Positions 11,021 to 24,023 are shown, numbered from the whole stretch's first letter. The stretch: 62,905 bases of DNA, filler included, from Chiloscyllium plagiosum (GCF_004010195.1; 5 parts of 2 records of this genome joined end to end with filler, not necessarily neighbours in it); one strand, 5' to 3'. Program-made: numbers and translations. The notes: generated from the letters alone by a model not told the origin.

Positions 11021-12629
11021 AGAAGCTTAACGTGAAGGAACTCCTCAGGGGCAGCGACCATAATGTGATAGAGTTTACCTGGCAGTTGGAGACGCAGAAG
11101 CTGGAATCAGATGTAACAGTATTACAATTCAGCTAAGATAACTACAAAGGAATGAGGGAAACGCTGGCCAGAGACTGGAAGAGGAGTCTGCCAGGGAAGA
11201 TAATGGAGCAGCAATGGCAGAAGTTTCTGGGAGTAATTCGAGAGGGGGCACAGCACAAGGAGAAAGAAACATACTAAAGGGAGGTCAAGGGAAATCAGGG
11301 ACAGCATGAACGCAAAAGAAAAATCATACAAAGTAGCGAAGATTAGTGGGAAGACAGAGAATGGGAAGTCTTTAAAAACCAGCAGAGGATAACTAAGAAA
11401 GCAATAATAGGGGTGAAGGTGCAATATGAGAGTAAGTTAGTTCGTAATATAAAAGAATATTACAAGAGTTTTTTTTAGATATCTAAAAGGTAAGACAGAG
11501 GCAAGCATAGACATGGACCACTGGAAAATGAGGCTGGAGAATAATAATGGGTAACAAAGAAATGATGTAGGAAGTGACTAGGTACTCTGCATCAGTTTTC
11601 ACAGTGGAAGACACCAATAGTATACAAGATCTACAAGGGAGTCAGGGGGCAGAGGTGAGTGTAGTGGTCATAACTAAGGAGAAGTTGCTGGGAAACCTGA
11701 AAGAGCTAAAGATGGATAAATCTCCTGGAGCAGATGGAGTTCTGAAGGAGCTAGCTGAGGTAATTTTAGAAGCATTGGTGATGATCTTTCAGGAATCCCT
11801 GGAATCAGGGAGGGCTGGAAAATGTTACATGGCTTGATTAGTAAGGGAAACAAAGGTTATGGGGAGAAGGCAGGAGAATGGGGTTAAGAACATATCAGCC
11901 ATGATTGAATGGTGGAGCAGACTCTATTGGCTGCATGGCCTTCTGGTTAGGCATGGGTTGCACTGGCTGGAGGTGTGGTAGAGGCCTTTAAAGGGGCATT
12001 GGGTGATTATCTGGATAAAAATAATGTACAAAGGAATAAAGCAGGAGATCGACACTCGGTCATGATGCTCATTTAAGGAGTGGTGCAGAGAAGATCGGCC
12101 GAATGGACTTGTTTTGCACTATAATCATTCTGTGATTCTGTGAGAAAAATAAATCACGTGAATTGGTTCAGTGAGAACACTTGCTGCTGAAGGTAGGTAT
12201 TTTTAACCTGTTGTGATCCACCCTTGGAGGAATTGGAACTTGAACATGGCACAGAGGTAGGGAGAGTGCCACTGCGAGCACTAGACCCTCTGCTACTGAA
12301 GACAGTGCCAGCGCATGAATCAACAGCTGTCAGCTGAATACATTAACACTTTTAACATCATTATTTGACTAAAACTTCCAACCTTAAGTAGCTAGACCAG
12401 CGGTAGAGTCTCTGTTGGCAAACCTTTTCTGTATTCTGCTAGAACAGATTGTCTCAGTGCCAAATAAATTACAGCTTTTCCATGTGTTAATCCAGGCACA
12501 TTCAAACTCAAGTTTGACTCCTTGAATTACTTATGATCTGAGTTTTTTTTTTGAATACTTGTTGAATGACACAAAACACTGGTCAGGCCACCAACTGCAC
12601 TTCGCTTTTGGCAACAAACCTTAGAGTAG

Positions 12630-13560
12630 ACATGGGCCTGTGCCCGAAACGTCGAATCTCCTGTTCCCTGGATGCTGCCTGACCTGCTGTGCTGTTCCAG
12701 CAATAAAGTTTCAACATTGTTAAAAATCACACAACACCAGGTTATAGTCCAACAGGTTTAATTGGAAGCACACTAGCTTTTGGAGCGACGCTCCTTCATC
12801 AGGTGATTGTGGAGGGCTCGATCGTAACACAGAATTTATAGCAAAAATTTGCAGTGTGATATAACTGAAATTATACATTGAAAAATTAGTTGTCTGTTAA
12901 GCCTTTCATCTATCAATGTTTCACTTCTTTCATGTGTAAATCACAAAACCCTTTTTTTTNNNNNNNNNNNNNNNNNNNNNNNNNNNNNNNNNNNNNNNNN
13001 NNNNNNNNNNNNNNNNNNNNNNNNNNNNNNNNNNNNNNNNNNNNNNNNNNNNNNNNNNNNNNNNNNNNNNNNNNNNNNNNNNNNNNNNNNNNNNNNNNNN
13101 NNNNNNNNNNNNNNNNNNNNNNNNNNNNNNNNCTGTGTCCGTGTGTATGTGAGAGTGTGTGTGTATGTGTGTGTGCAGTGCAATGGTGATCACCTGTAAT
13201 GTGACATGAACCCAAGGTCCCGGTTGAGGCCCTCCCTATGGGTACCGAACTTAGCTATCAGACTCTGCTCGGACACTTTCCTCTGCTGCCTGTCCCGAAG
13301 TCCACCTTGGAGGATGGTCACCCGAAGGTCTGAGGCTGAATGTCCTGGACCACTAAAGTGTTCCCCAACTGGGAGGGGAACTGATGATTGTTGTGCGGTG
13401 CCCATTCATCTGTTGTCGTAGCCTTTGCTCGGTTTCCCCAATGTACCATGCCTCCGGGCATCCTTGCCTGCAACGTATAAGATAGACAATGTTGGCTGAG
13501 TGACATGAGTACCTGCCATGCACAAGGTGGAAGGTGTTCCCGCGCGTAATAGTGGTATTT
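12630..13560 (-). mobile_element. PLE GIY-YIG C-terminus and terminal repeat
   Basis: 'CPEAWYIGET', 'PVGEHFSGPGHSASDLRVTILQGG..EQSLIAKFGTHREGLN'; hammerhead-like motif at 12771-12805 (-). Confidence 0.8.
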
Positions 13561-14958
13561 ATGTCTATGTAGACATATCTATCTATATCTATGTATATCT
13601 ATAATCTATGTAGATCTATATCTATATCTATGTAGACATGTTGGCGTTGGCATCGGTAAATTGGAGATCGGCCAAAATTAGAGCAGAGCTTAAACAGTTA
13701 ACTTACAAGACAGGTTGGATAAACTGGACTCTAGCCCTTGAGCTTAGACGGTTGAGGCAAATCTAATTATCATACTTAACAGGATAGATGTAGGGAACTG
13801 ACAGAATGACAAAGGAGCAGCTCTATGATAGCTCGTGATTTCAAATAAACCTGTTCGATATAACCTGGTGTTGTGTGACTTCTAACACCGGCACCACCAC
13901 ATCATTGAACCATTTGATTTGATTTGATTTATTATTGTCACATATACCAAGGTACAGTGAAAACGTTTTGTTTTGTATGCAGCACAGGCATATCATACCA
14001 TACAAAGTGCGTCAGACTGAAGAATACAATGTTACAGCTGCAGAGAAGGTGCACAAAGAGTGAGGTCAGCCTTAAGTTCAAAACTTGAGCAGTCCATTTC
14101 TAATTCAAGGTTTTGTTTCATGCGCGTGAAGCATATGGATTATAGTAAATAGGATTGATTGGTTACAGACATGGATTGCCATGTGGAAGTGTGATGCTGT
14201 TGGAAACAAACCTCATTAACCTGAGTACAAGGTGTTCAGACAACATAGGAAAGGGAGAGTGGTGGCAGGATTATATTGATTAAGGAGAGGTTGCACTGCT
14301 GGAGAGAGAGAACATTCCAGAAAGTCCAAGAACAGAACTGATTTGACCAAAGCTAAGGAATAAAAGATGTGCAATTATATTGCTTGGTGTAGTCTACAGA
14401 CAACTGATTAGTGGGAAGGATGTGGAGAAATAAATCTTCAAGGAAATTACAGGCAAGGGCAAACATTGTGGAGTAATTATAGAGATAAAAACACAGCACA
14501 GTGGATGCTGGAAATGTGAAATCAATCCAGAACAATCAGCTTTGACAAAGGGTCAGTTAGACTCGAAACATCAGCTCTTTTCTCTCCTTACAGATGCTGT
14601 CAGACCTGCTGAGATTTTCCAGCATTTTCTCTTTTGGTTTCAGATTCCAGCATCTGCAGTAATTTGCTTTTATCAGAACAATCCAAAGTTGTGCAGGTTC
14701 GGTGAATTGGCCGTGCTAAATTGCCCATAGTGTCTAGGGATGCATAGATATGGTGCATTAGTCAGGAGTAAATGTAGAGTAATAGGGTAGGGAAATGGGC
14801 AGGGGTGGGTCTCTTTGGAGGGTCAGTGTGGACTTGTTGGGCCAAATGGCCTGTTCCCACACTGTAAGGATTCTATGATCTATGAAAACGCTGGAAAACC
14901 TCAACAAGTCTGGCAGCATCTATGAAGAGCGAACCATAGTTAATATTTCGAGTCAGCT

Positions 14959-15570
14959 AAACTCTTCTGCAGAATACACAAATGTACTGCCTGAGCATTT
15001 TCTGTTTTTACAATCAATTATAAAAGGAGTCTTTAATTATCTAAATATAGACTGAAATAGTGACACTGTAAAAGGCAGAGAAAGATGAGCATGCCTAGAT
15101 TGCGATCAGGAAAATGTTCTATGGCAAAATGTATCCAACCCAATGAGAAAGGAGGAAGTGCTAGACTTGATTTTTGGGAAGCAAATGGGTCAATTAAATC
15201 AAACAATGAAGGGCTTATGCTTGAAATGTCGAATCTCCTGCTCCTCGGATGCTGCCTGACCTGCTGTGCTTTTCCAGTATCACACTCTCGACAAGTAAAT
15301 CAAATGTCAATAGGGGAATATTTTTGACATTTGATTTACTTGACCCACTTGCTTCCCAAAAATCAAGTCTAGCACTTCCTCCTTTCTCATTGGGTTGGAC
15401 ACATTTTGCCATAGACCATTCTCCTGATCACAAACTAGGCATGCTCATCTTTCTCTGCCTTTTACAGTGTCACTATCCCAGTCTATATTCAGTAATTAAA
15501 GATTCCTTTTATAATTGATAGTAAAAACAGGAAATGCTCAGGCAGGTTTGTGTATTCTGAAGAAGAGTTT
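14959..15570. repeat. ~260-bp-arm inverted duplication with an 88-bp PLE insert in the left arm
   Basis: 14959-15203 plus 15292-15310 is the reverse complement of 15324-15570; loop taggggaatattt. Insert 15204-15291 is flanked by caa(t/g)taaatcaaa. Confidence 0.85.
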
Positions 15571-15779
15571 TACGTGATGATCATTGTGTCATAATATTCG
15601 CATGAGGGTGGAAAAGAGGAATAAACCATCCAGAGCAAGAATGAGAGAGCTGACACTAATGGGACAAAAACAGAGCTGGACTGGAGCTGTGGGTTAGTAA
15701 GAAGAACTGTAGCTGAGCAATTGGGTACTGCAAAAGAGAAAAGTTAGGGAAACAAATCCTAAGTGTCATGGGTGAAAAC

Positions 15780-17570
15780 AAGATGGGAATTAAGATGAAA
15801 GCTTATGGCAGGTTTCAGTGAGGAAATATAATTGAGAAGCAGGTTAATTGCAGAATGTCCAGAAAAACAATTGAGAAGCAAAGTGGGATTATGAACAGAG
15901 ACTGTCAGCAAACATAAAAAGGAATCCTAAAGTCTTCCACAGGCATATAAACAGTAAATTGGTGTTATTTGTCTTTGTCAAGAAAGTTAATGCTTTGAGA
16001 AGACTTGTAGCTCAGGTTGAGGTTCTGGATGTAGGTTCGCTCGCTGAGCTGGAAGGTTCATTTTCAGACATTTCATCACCATACTAGGTAACATCTTCAG
16101 TGAGCCTCTGGATGAAGCCTTCATGCTTCAACTGGGGGCTCACTGAAGATGTTACCTAGTATGGTGACAAAATGTCTGAAAATGAACCTTCCATCTCAGC
16201 GAGCAAACCTACATCCAAAGTTAATGCTGCCCAGGCCATGGTGACAGAGGAGGAAATTAGGTCACAAAAAAAAGTTCAAATTTGACAAGGAGATGGGATT
16301 GAATAAACTGTCCATGTTTAAAGTTAGCAAGGCACAGGAACCACATGATGTGCACCCAAAACTACTGAAGAAAGAGAAAGGAATTTGGAGAGGCACTGGC
16401 TATAGTCTTCCTTCGACTCAGAGGTATTACTGGAGAATTTCAAACATTGTACCCTTGTCCAAAAAAAAGATATAGGTGTAAGCCCCACCAATTACAATAT
16501 GTCAGATTAACTTTGGTGCTGATGAAAATCCAGATACAATAGCTTTGAATAGAATTAATAGTCGCATGGACAAACGTGGATTAAATACAGAGAGACAGCA
16601 TGGATTCCTTAAGGGAGAATTGTGTTTAACTAACAGGCTGAGGTTCTTTGAAATGATAACAAAGAAGGCTGATGTGGTGACTTTCTTACAGATCTGAAAA
16701 CAAAATTAGAGCTTGTGGAATAAAAGGGACAACAGCCACATTGATACAAAATTGACTGAGTGGTGGAGAAAAGAGAGCAACGGTTAACAGATATTTTCAA
16801 GTTGGGGAAATGTTTGAAGTGGAGTTCAATATGAAGAAGTATCAAGTAATACATTTTGGTAAAAAGAGCACAGTGCAACAATAGGATGCAACCCTACAAG
16901 GTATGCAAGAACAGGGACCTGCATTTGCATATACATACGTCATTAAACGTGGTAGGACAGATGGAGAAAGCATAAAGTATCCATAGCTTTAGTAAAAGGA
17001 ACGTAGTGGAGCAAGTAATTTCTGTTGAATTTATATGAGAATCTAGATAGACCTCAGCTGAGCACTGGGTATAGTTCTGAGTGCCTTACCAGGATATGGA
17101 CAGATTGCAGAGAGTGTAGAAAAAGTTTATAAGAATGATTCCAGGGATGAGATTCTTCACTTTCAAAATCGATTGGCACTGTTTGTCTTGGAGAGGAGAA
17201 GACCAAGAGGAAATCTGATAAAGCTTTCAAAACGATTCGGGATCTGGACAGAGTAGAGAGGGGAAACCTGTATCCACTCAAAAAAGGATCAAGAACGATA
17301 GAGCACAGTAATTTGCAAAAGAAGTAAATGCGAAGTGATTTGCATTTTTTTCACAAAGAGGATAACTAGGGTCTGGAGTGCACTGTCTGGTGCATGAGGT
17401 GCAGGCAAAATCAGGGGAGTCATTCAAGAGGGCATAAGGTGATTATTTAAATCAAAACAATGTGCAGAGTTACAACAAAAAGGCAGGGAAAATGGCCCAA
17501 TGTCATTAGACAGCCAATACAAACACAATGGGCCAATTGGCTACTTTCTGCACAATAATAAATCTATAAC
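15780..17570 (+). mobile_element. Old, decayed CR1 LINE
   Basis: Degenerate 'W..SNIVPL.KK', 'QHGF.KG..C', RPQL..W motifs and CR1 tail. Confidence 0.7.
15995..16216. mobile_element. Fold-back PLE terminal mini-element (family D) with 12-bp TSD
   Basis: Arms ~16026-16106 and ~16137-16217; TSD aaagttaatgct at 15983-15994 and 16217-16228; hammerhead-like core in each arm. Confidence 0.8.
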
Positions 17571-19789
17571 TCCATGATTCTGTTCCTTGTTATTATGTGG
17601 AATCAATTGAATTAATTCAAGATATGGGACCTCATGAGGAGGCTGAGATAGATCCTCCACTCAGCACATTGGGCTGAAACAGGTTGCAAATCCTTCAGTC
17701 TCGTCATTTGTACTGACGTTCCGGGTTATGTCATCATTAAGGAAGGGATGTTTGTGGAGCCTCCTCCTCCTCCAGTTAGCTGCTTCGTTGTCCATTACCT
17801 TTTCACAACTGGCTGTGGACAGATTGCAGAGCTTAGATCTGATTCAGTGATTACCAACTACTATTGTCAATCATTGTTTCTGCTGTCTGACGTGCAAGCC
17901 ATCTTGTGTTGTAGCTCCTTGTAACTAGCATCTCAGTTTTGAGGATGCCTGGTGCTTCTCCGTTCTTGGCCTCCCACACTCTTCACTGAATCACTGTTGA
18001 TCCTCTGACTTTGTGGTAATAGTAGAGGGTGGGTAATGTAAGTGGCCATGAGGTTATAGATAACGATTTGATATAATTCTGCTAATGCTTATGGCTTACT
18101 TGCATTATATCTTTGTCTAGTTTTGAGCTGCTCGATCTGTTTGAAATCTATCCTATTTGGTACAGTATGCCACACAACATGATCTTGAGTATCCTCAATG
18201 GCCTCTCCAAGAACTGATAGATCATTTTTCCTAACCATATTGTCCTGGAGAGATACATCTGTGACAAGTTGATCAGTTAGAATGAGATCAGTTAGCTTTC
18301 TCCCTCTTGGTGGTTCTCTCAGAACTTGCTGCAGAAACAGTCTCAAAGCTATGTTCTTTAGGACTCAGCCAGCTCAGTTAGTAGTGGTGTTACTGGTGAT
18401 GATGAACAATCAAGTTCCACAGCCAGAGTACATCATGTGCCTCCACCACCCTCAGTGCTTCTTCCAAGTGCTGTCCAACATGGGCATGTACTGATTCATT
18501 AGCTGAGTGGGAGAAGGGACGTTAGGCAGTAATCAGCAGGGTATTTCCTTGCTTAAATTTGATTTCATGCAGTGAGACTTCAAAGGACACAGAAACAATG
18601 TTGAGGGCTCCAAGAGCAACTCCTTCCTAACTGTGTGCCGCTGTTCCACTATCTCTGGTGAGTATGTCCTATTGGTGAGACAGGATGTACAGACCATGGT
18701 GACCATGGCATATGAGACAATATCTCTAAGATGTGATTGGGTGAGCACAATTTTGTCAGTCTGATGTTTGACTAGTCTGAGTGATTTGAGCACATGCCCA
18801 TTGATCTGAGTATGCAGAATCTTTCAGGGCCAACATGGCTGAGTGCTGTTATTGCTTTTGGTTTCTGGTTTGATTCCTTTTAGTAAAATCACGAAGCCCA
18901 TTTTCTTGCAAAGGGAAATGGAAACCTGGAACTTGCTGTCATAAAATACCTTACGTGCTGAGTCATTTTGAATTTTCAAGACTGAAATCAATAAACTTCT
19001 TATTAGGTAAGGATATCAAGGTCGATGCAACTAAGATAACTTTATTCAGTTGGACTGTAGAACGGCTATTATTTAAGTAACCGATGGAACAGATCAAGGA
19101 AATGAATGATTTATTTACGTGAAGGTATACAGGTAGTGAATGTTACTTTCCTCATGATCTCTAAAGCAAATCCTTTAGTCTCTTTCTTTAAAATAATTTC
19201 TGTGGTTGGCTTCCAAGAAGATTTTGTCTCGCAGTTTCCATCATGCTCCATTTCCATTCAGTTCTGAAAATAATATTCATTCTTCATCATAAGCCAACAG
19301 CATGTGCCATATAAATGAAGTAACAATTTGGCTCAATGACGCTATCAGACGCTTCCCGAAAGAGCAGTTGAAAAAAAGAAACCCTTTTCAAAAATGTTCT
19401 ATTCGAAGCTGAGAATGGAGTCTGTGAGACCTTGTTTTCAAGCTCATTCTGCACCGAGTTGTGTTTTCTGTGAAGTTGGGGCAGCAGTTTGCAGAAGAGG
19501 GGTAACGGGTTGGTCAGTTGCAAAGCTGTAAGATGAACTTACTGTCATATATTTTGGGCTTTCACCTCAAAATCAATCTCATTGAGTTTCCAATTGCAAT
19601 TTTGGTCCTTACTATGGTTTTGCTTAAAAAAAACTAGAATGAAAATCAAGCTTCTTTCAGAACCTAGAAATATATCATTACATCACTGGAGGTATTCAAT
19701 AGTTCATTGACCCAGAATGCAATAAAAGTTGACAAAACTATACTAGAATTCAGTTCAATAATTTAAGTTATGTGATTACATTGGAGAAG

Positions 19790-20090
19790 ATCTTCTTTCC
19801 AGGATAGAGGAATCCAAAATCAGAGGTCATAGGTTTAAGGTGAAAGAGGGAAGACATAAAAGGGACCTAAGGGGTAACGTTTTCAAACAGAGGGTGGTGC
19901 ATGTATGGAAGTGATGGAGGCTGGTACAATTACAACATTTAAATTGCATCTGGGTGGGTACATGAATAGGACGGGTTTAGAGAGATAAAGGCCAGGTGCT
20001 GACAAATGGGACTAGATTAAGTTAGGATATCTGGTCAGCATGGACAAGTTGGGCTGAAAGGTTTGTTTCTGTGTTGTACCTCTCTATAAT
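19790..20090 (+). mobile_element. CR1 3' end
   Basis: GHRFKV..F.QRVV..W motif and 3' UTR. Confidence 0.8.
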
Positions 20091-20659
20091 TCCAAATTGG
20101 GGCTGTATTCCTTATAGAGTTGACAGTCGGAAGGAACTTTGGGAGAAGTGTTCAAAATCATGAGTCGTCCAGAGACAGCATCTGGAGAAAATTTCTTTGT
20201 GAAAGAGTTGACAATCAGAAGACATTAAGTTAAAATGATTATCAAATAAACTGTTGGCCGCTTTAAGAAAGTCATTTTTTTTCACCCAGCAATTCAGTAG
20301 AATTTAAAGGTCGCTGCCTGAATCAGGTGGAAGCTGATAAAATTGTGGTATTCAAGACTGCCTCCCATACCACCTTAAAACACGACAAGTCGAACCAAGA
20401 GTTCAGGTGGAACAGGTGGAAGGGAGAGAGAACTGAAACCTCACTTCCCTGTCTACACTTAACGTGGTTTTGAAAGGAAGAAGTGCATGTTTGTAAACCC
20501 CAGAATTTGCAATCAATTTTAACAATTAACTCTTCTAAATGCAAGTATCATTTATTTATTCACTCATTCATCCTGAAAATCTAATGTTAACAAACACACA
20601 CACACATGCGGTCCCCACACACACATGTTACACAGACACAAACTGGTAAAGAGTTAGCA

Positions 20660-21025
20660 AGTTTTGAGAAGATTTGTAGCTCAGGTTGAGGTTCTGGATG
20701 TAGGTTTGCTCGCTGAGCTGAAAGGTTCATTTTCAGATATTTCGTCACCATACTAGGTAACATCTTCAGTGAGCCTCCGGATCAGGCACTGGCGGCATAG
20801 CCTGCTTTCTATTTATGTGTTTAGGTTTCCTTGGGTTGGTGATGCCATTTCCTGTGGTGATGTCATTTCCTGTGGTGATGTCATTTCCTGTTCATTTTCT
20901 CAGGGGGTGGTTAATAGGATCGAAGACAATATGTTTGTTGATAGAGCTCTGGTTGGAATGCCATGTTTCGAGGAATTCTTGTGTGTGTCTCTGTTTGGCT
21001 TGTCCTAGGATGGATGTGTTGTCTA
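20660..21025 (-). mobile_element. PLE 3' fragment (family D terminus)
   Basis: Same terminus as 15995-16105; minus frame 'QAKQRHTQEFLETWHS..SINKHI' resembles a GIY-YIG C-terminus; short gtgatgtcatttcct repeats. Confidence 0.7.
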
Positions 21026-21029
21026 TTAG

Positions 21030-21375
21030 ATGGGGTAAATGGGTAAGGTCTTCTCCCTGGGGTGGAGGAGTCCAGGCTAGAGGACATAGGTTGAGGGTGA
21101 GAGGAAAAAGATTTAACAGGGACCTAAGGGACAACTTTTTCACGCACAGGGTGGTGTGTGTATGGAAAGAGCTGCCAGAGAAAGTGGTGGAGGCTGGTAT
21201 AATTACATGTTTAAAAGGCATCTGGATGGGTATATGAATAGGGGTTTATCGGAATATGGGCCAAGTGCTGGCAAATGGGACTAGATTAAGTTAGGATATT
21301 TGGTCAGCATGGATGCTTTGGACTGAAGAGTCTGTTTCTGTGCTGTACATCTCTATGATTCTATGACTATGACTC
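21030..21375 (+). mobile_element. CR1 3' end
   Basis: RGHRLRVRGKRF..FFTHRVV..W; ctatga tail repeat. Confidence 0.85.
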
Positions 21376-22019
21376 ATGACCATCACAATAAAAGTAAAAT
21401 TAGGTGTTATCCTGATCTATGTCAGAATAGAATAGAATTTCTCATTCCTGCAAAACTTGGAAAGCTGGTCTCTCTTAAAAATCCCAATTAGTAATGATCT
21501 AGAAACGGAGACATTGGAATTTGTAGGCAAAAATGTTCTTGTTCACTCATTCTTATAAACACATCTATGATTACACTTCATAATGGATTGGAGAATATTT
21601 TTGACTATTTGAGCTGTGGTAACAGTCGTTCGATATTTTCTGAGTCACTTTTTGAAAGCATGGGAGTCTGTCTCTGTTTTGACTTCAACACAATTAGGGT
21701 TTAGATGGATTTTCTGCTGGATCTGCTGTTGGTCTGCTATTGGGATTGAAGGGTGTTTCGGAACAAGAAGGACCACATACCAGGAGAAACGTATTGAGCC
21801 AGACTCAGCAACATCAGCAGGAAACTGAGAATGCTAAGATGGCAGCAAAGCATCTGGACATGATTCAGTTGAATGGTGCCTTACTTCCTAATATAAGAAA
21901 AGTCACTTCTACCATCTCACCAAGGACTAGAGATTCACCGTCTTAAAAGTCTCCAAGTGCATACTTTCTATGCTGATATGCTTGCATTGTTAAGGATATT
22001 AAAACTAACCGTGATGTTA

Positions 22020-23168
22020 ATAGGATCATTACAGTGCAGAAAGAGACCTTTCAGCCCATCAAATCTGCACCAACCCACTGAAAAGTATTCCACCCACACT
22101 TCTACTGTAACCCCACATTTACCATGGCTAACCCACCTTACCTTCACATCCCTAGGCACCATGGACAACTTTGCATGGATAATTGACCTAACCTGCACAT
22201 CTTTAGACAGTGGGGTGCGACCAGAGTACCAGCATAAATGGGCGCAGACATGGGGAGAACAAGGTAACACCACACAGACAGTCGCGCAAGGCTGGAATCA
22301 AACCTGGAGGTAAAAACAATGACTGCAGATGCTGGAAACCAGATTCTGGATTAGTGGTGCTGGAAGAGCACAGCCGTTCAGGCAGCATCCAAGGAGCAGC
22401 GAAATCAACATTTCGGGCAAAAGCCCTTCATCAGGAATAAAGGCAGTGAGCCTGAAGTGTGGAGAGATAAGCTAGAGGAGGGTGGGAGTGGGGAGAAAGT
22501 AGCATAGAGTACAATGGGTGAGTGGGGGAGGGGATGAAGGTGATAGGTCAGGAAGGAGAGGGTTGAGTGGATAGGTGGAAAAGGAGATAGGCAGGTAGGA
22601 CAAGTCCGGACAAGTCATGGGGACAGTGCTGAGCTCTAAGTTTGGAACAAGGGTGAGGTGGGGGAAAGGGAAATGAGGAAACTGTTGAAGTCCACATTGA
22701 TGCCCTGGGGTTGAAGTGTTCCGAGGCGGAAGATGAAGCGTTCTTTCTCCAGGCGTCTGGTGGTGAGGGAGCAGTGGTGAAGGAGGCCCAGGACCTCCAT
22801 GTCCTCAGCAGAGTGGGAGGGGGAGTTGAAATGTTGGGCCACGGGTCAGTGTGGTTGATTGGTGCGAGTGTCCCAGAGATGTTCCCTAAAGCGCTCTGCA
22901 GAACCTTCATTCCCTCCCCCACTCACCCGTTGTACTCTATGCTACTTTCTCCCCAACCCCACCCTCCTCTAGCTTATCTCTCCACGCTTCAGGCTCACTG
23001 CCTTTATTCCTGATGAAGGGCTTTTGCCCGAAACGGCGATTTCGCTGCTCCTCGGATGCTGCCTGAACTGCTGTGCTCTTCCAGCACCACTAATCCCGAA
23101 TCTGGAATCAAACCTGGGTCCCAGGCAATGTGAGGCAGCAATGCTAACCACCGAGCCACCATGCCACC
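22020..23168 (-). mobile_element. HE1-like SINE split by a PLE insertion
   Basis: SINE body 22020-22307 resumes at 23102-23168 (tRNA head); ctggaatcaaacctgg is duplicated at 22292-22307 and 23102-23117. Confidence 0.8.
22308..23101 (-). mobile_element. 5'-truncated PLE with GIY-YIG C-terminus and ~200-bp inverted terminal repeats
   Basis: 'AQHFNSPSHS..LEKERFIFRLGTLQPQGINVDF'; arms 22339-22540 and 22904-23105; CTGATGA-A-GGGC-tttt-GCCC-GAAA at 23010-23033. Confidence 0.85.
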
Positions 23169-23199
23169 CAAGGTGCCATCTAGTTGATAACAACATTTT

Positions 23200-23935
23200 T
23201 CATTCATTTCCCTAAATCATTAAGAATAGAGAAGTGAAGGTCACCCATATGCAAAATCCACGTGGCCTTTACCTTTGTTTCTTTGCTGCTTCTTACAATT
23301 GTAGCACTCCACTGAGGGCAGTTCAGTTGGATGTGCAATGAGGACTCTTCGGGCTTTGAATATGATGGGATGAGATTCAGACTAAGGCAGCTCTGAATTG
23401 ACTGTGTGGAGACAATAATTAAGAAGGTTACAGTTCTGCACATGCCACTTCCAAGGGACTGGGAGTCGGGACACGGCTTATGGGAACATTGTGTCAAAAT
23501 GATGTGAAGGCTACACTTATGGGGAAGGTTGAGGCTGGGCTGGGTATAATATTTCAGGGTTAATATTCTATTTCTTTTAAAAGTGCTGATAACATGGAAC
23601 CTGTCTGGATAAAGATGAGTCAGGTCCTGGATAGAATTGATGCTGTTTTCTAAAATCTTTGGTGTTGCAACTGATTGGATTATTATCTCATGGAGCATAA
23701 TAATACATAGATCTGTGCATACAAGCAGTGCGAAAATAACTTGTCTAACTGTATTAGTGGATTATATGGTTTGGGTGACATCGCAGAGAGATAATGCCAA
23801 TGCAATGGATGTCAGACCTATGGTAAACAGTTAGCTTATCATGTGGGCCGCACCACACTGTGCCTGTTTCCTAAGTACACCTCTTGTAATATGTGTAAAG
23901 GGATGATATTTGCACTTGCACCAGTGTCAACGTAT
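23200..23935 (-). mobile_element. Decayed Ty3/Gypsy-like pol (aspartic protease) remnant
   Basis: Minus strand 23931-23899 reads VDTGASANIIP (retropepsin DTG motif); downstream sequence is heavily degraded. Confidence 0.5.
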
Positions 23936-24023
23936 AATGAGAAGGGTGCTGGTATTGGACTGGAGTGGACAAAGTCAGAAGTTACACAGTACCAGGTTAT
24001 AGTCCAACAGGTTTATTTAAAAT

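Larger units (their letters stand above)
6590..11950 (+). mobile_element. Long decayed CR1 (ORF1 esterase, APE endonuclease, tether) hosting nested insertions
   Basis: ORF1-like sequence at 6600-6876 resumes at ~8735 (LSNRFEIL). Endonuclease motifs 'YLNAHN', 'YDVVGITETWL' at 9540-9660. It resumes again at ~11023 after the PLE inserts. Confidence 0.75.

Noticed and set aside
6877..11820. Twin-priming 5' inversion of one CR1 (antisense RT abutting sense ORF1 at ~8733)
   Set aside because: Sense ORF1 sequence also lies left of 6877 and continues across the block, so it is a nested antisense insertion.
19287..19530. Possible minus-strand exon after 'cttacag'
   Set aside because: No recognisable protein in any frame and a weak pyrimidine tract.
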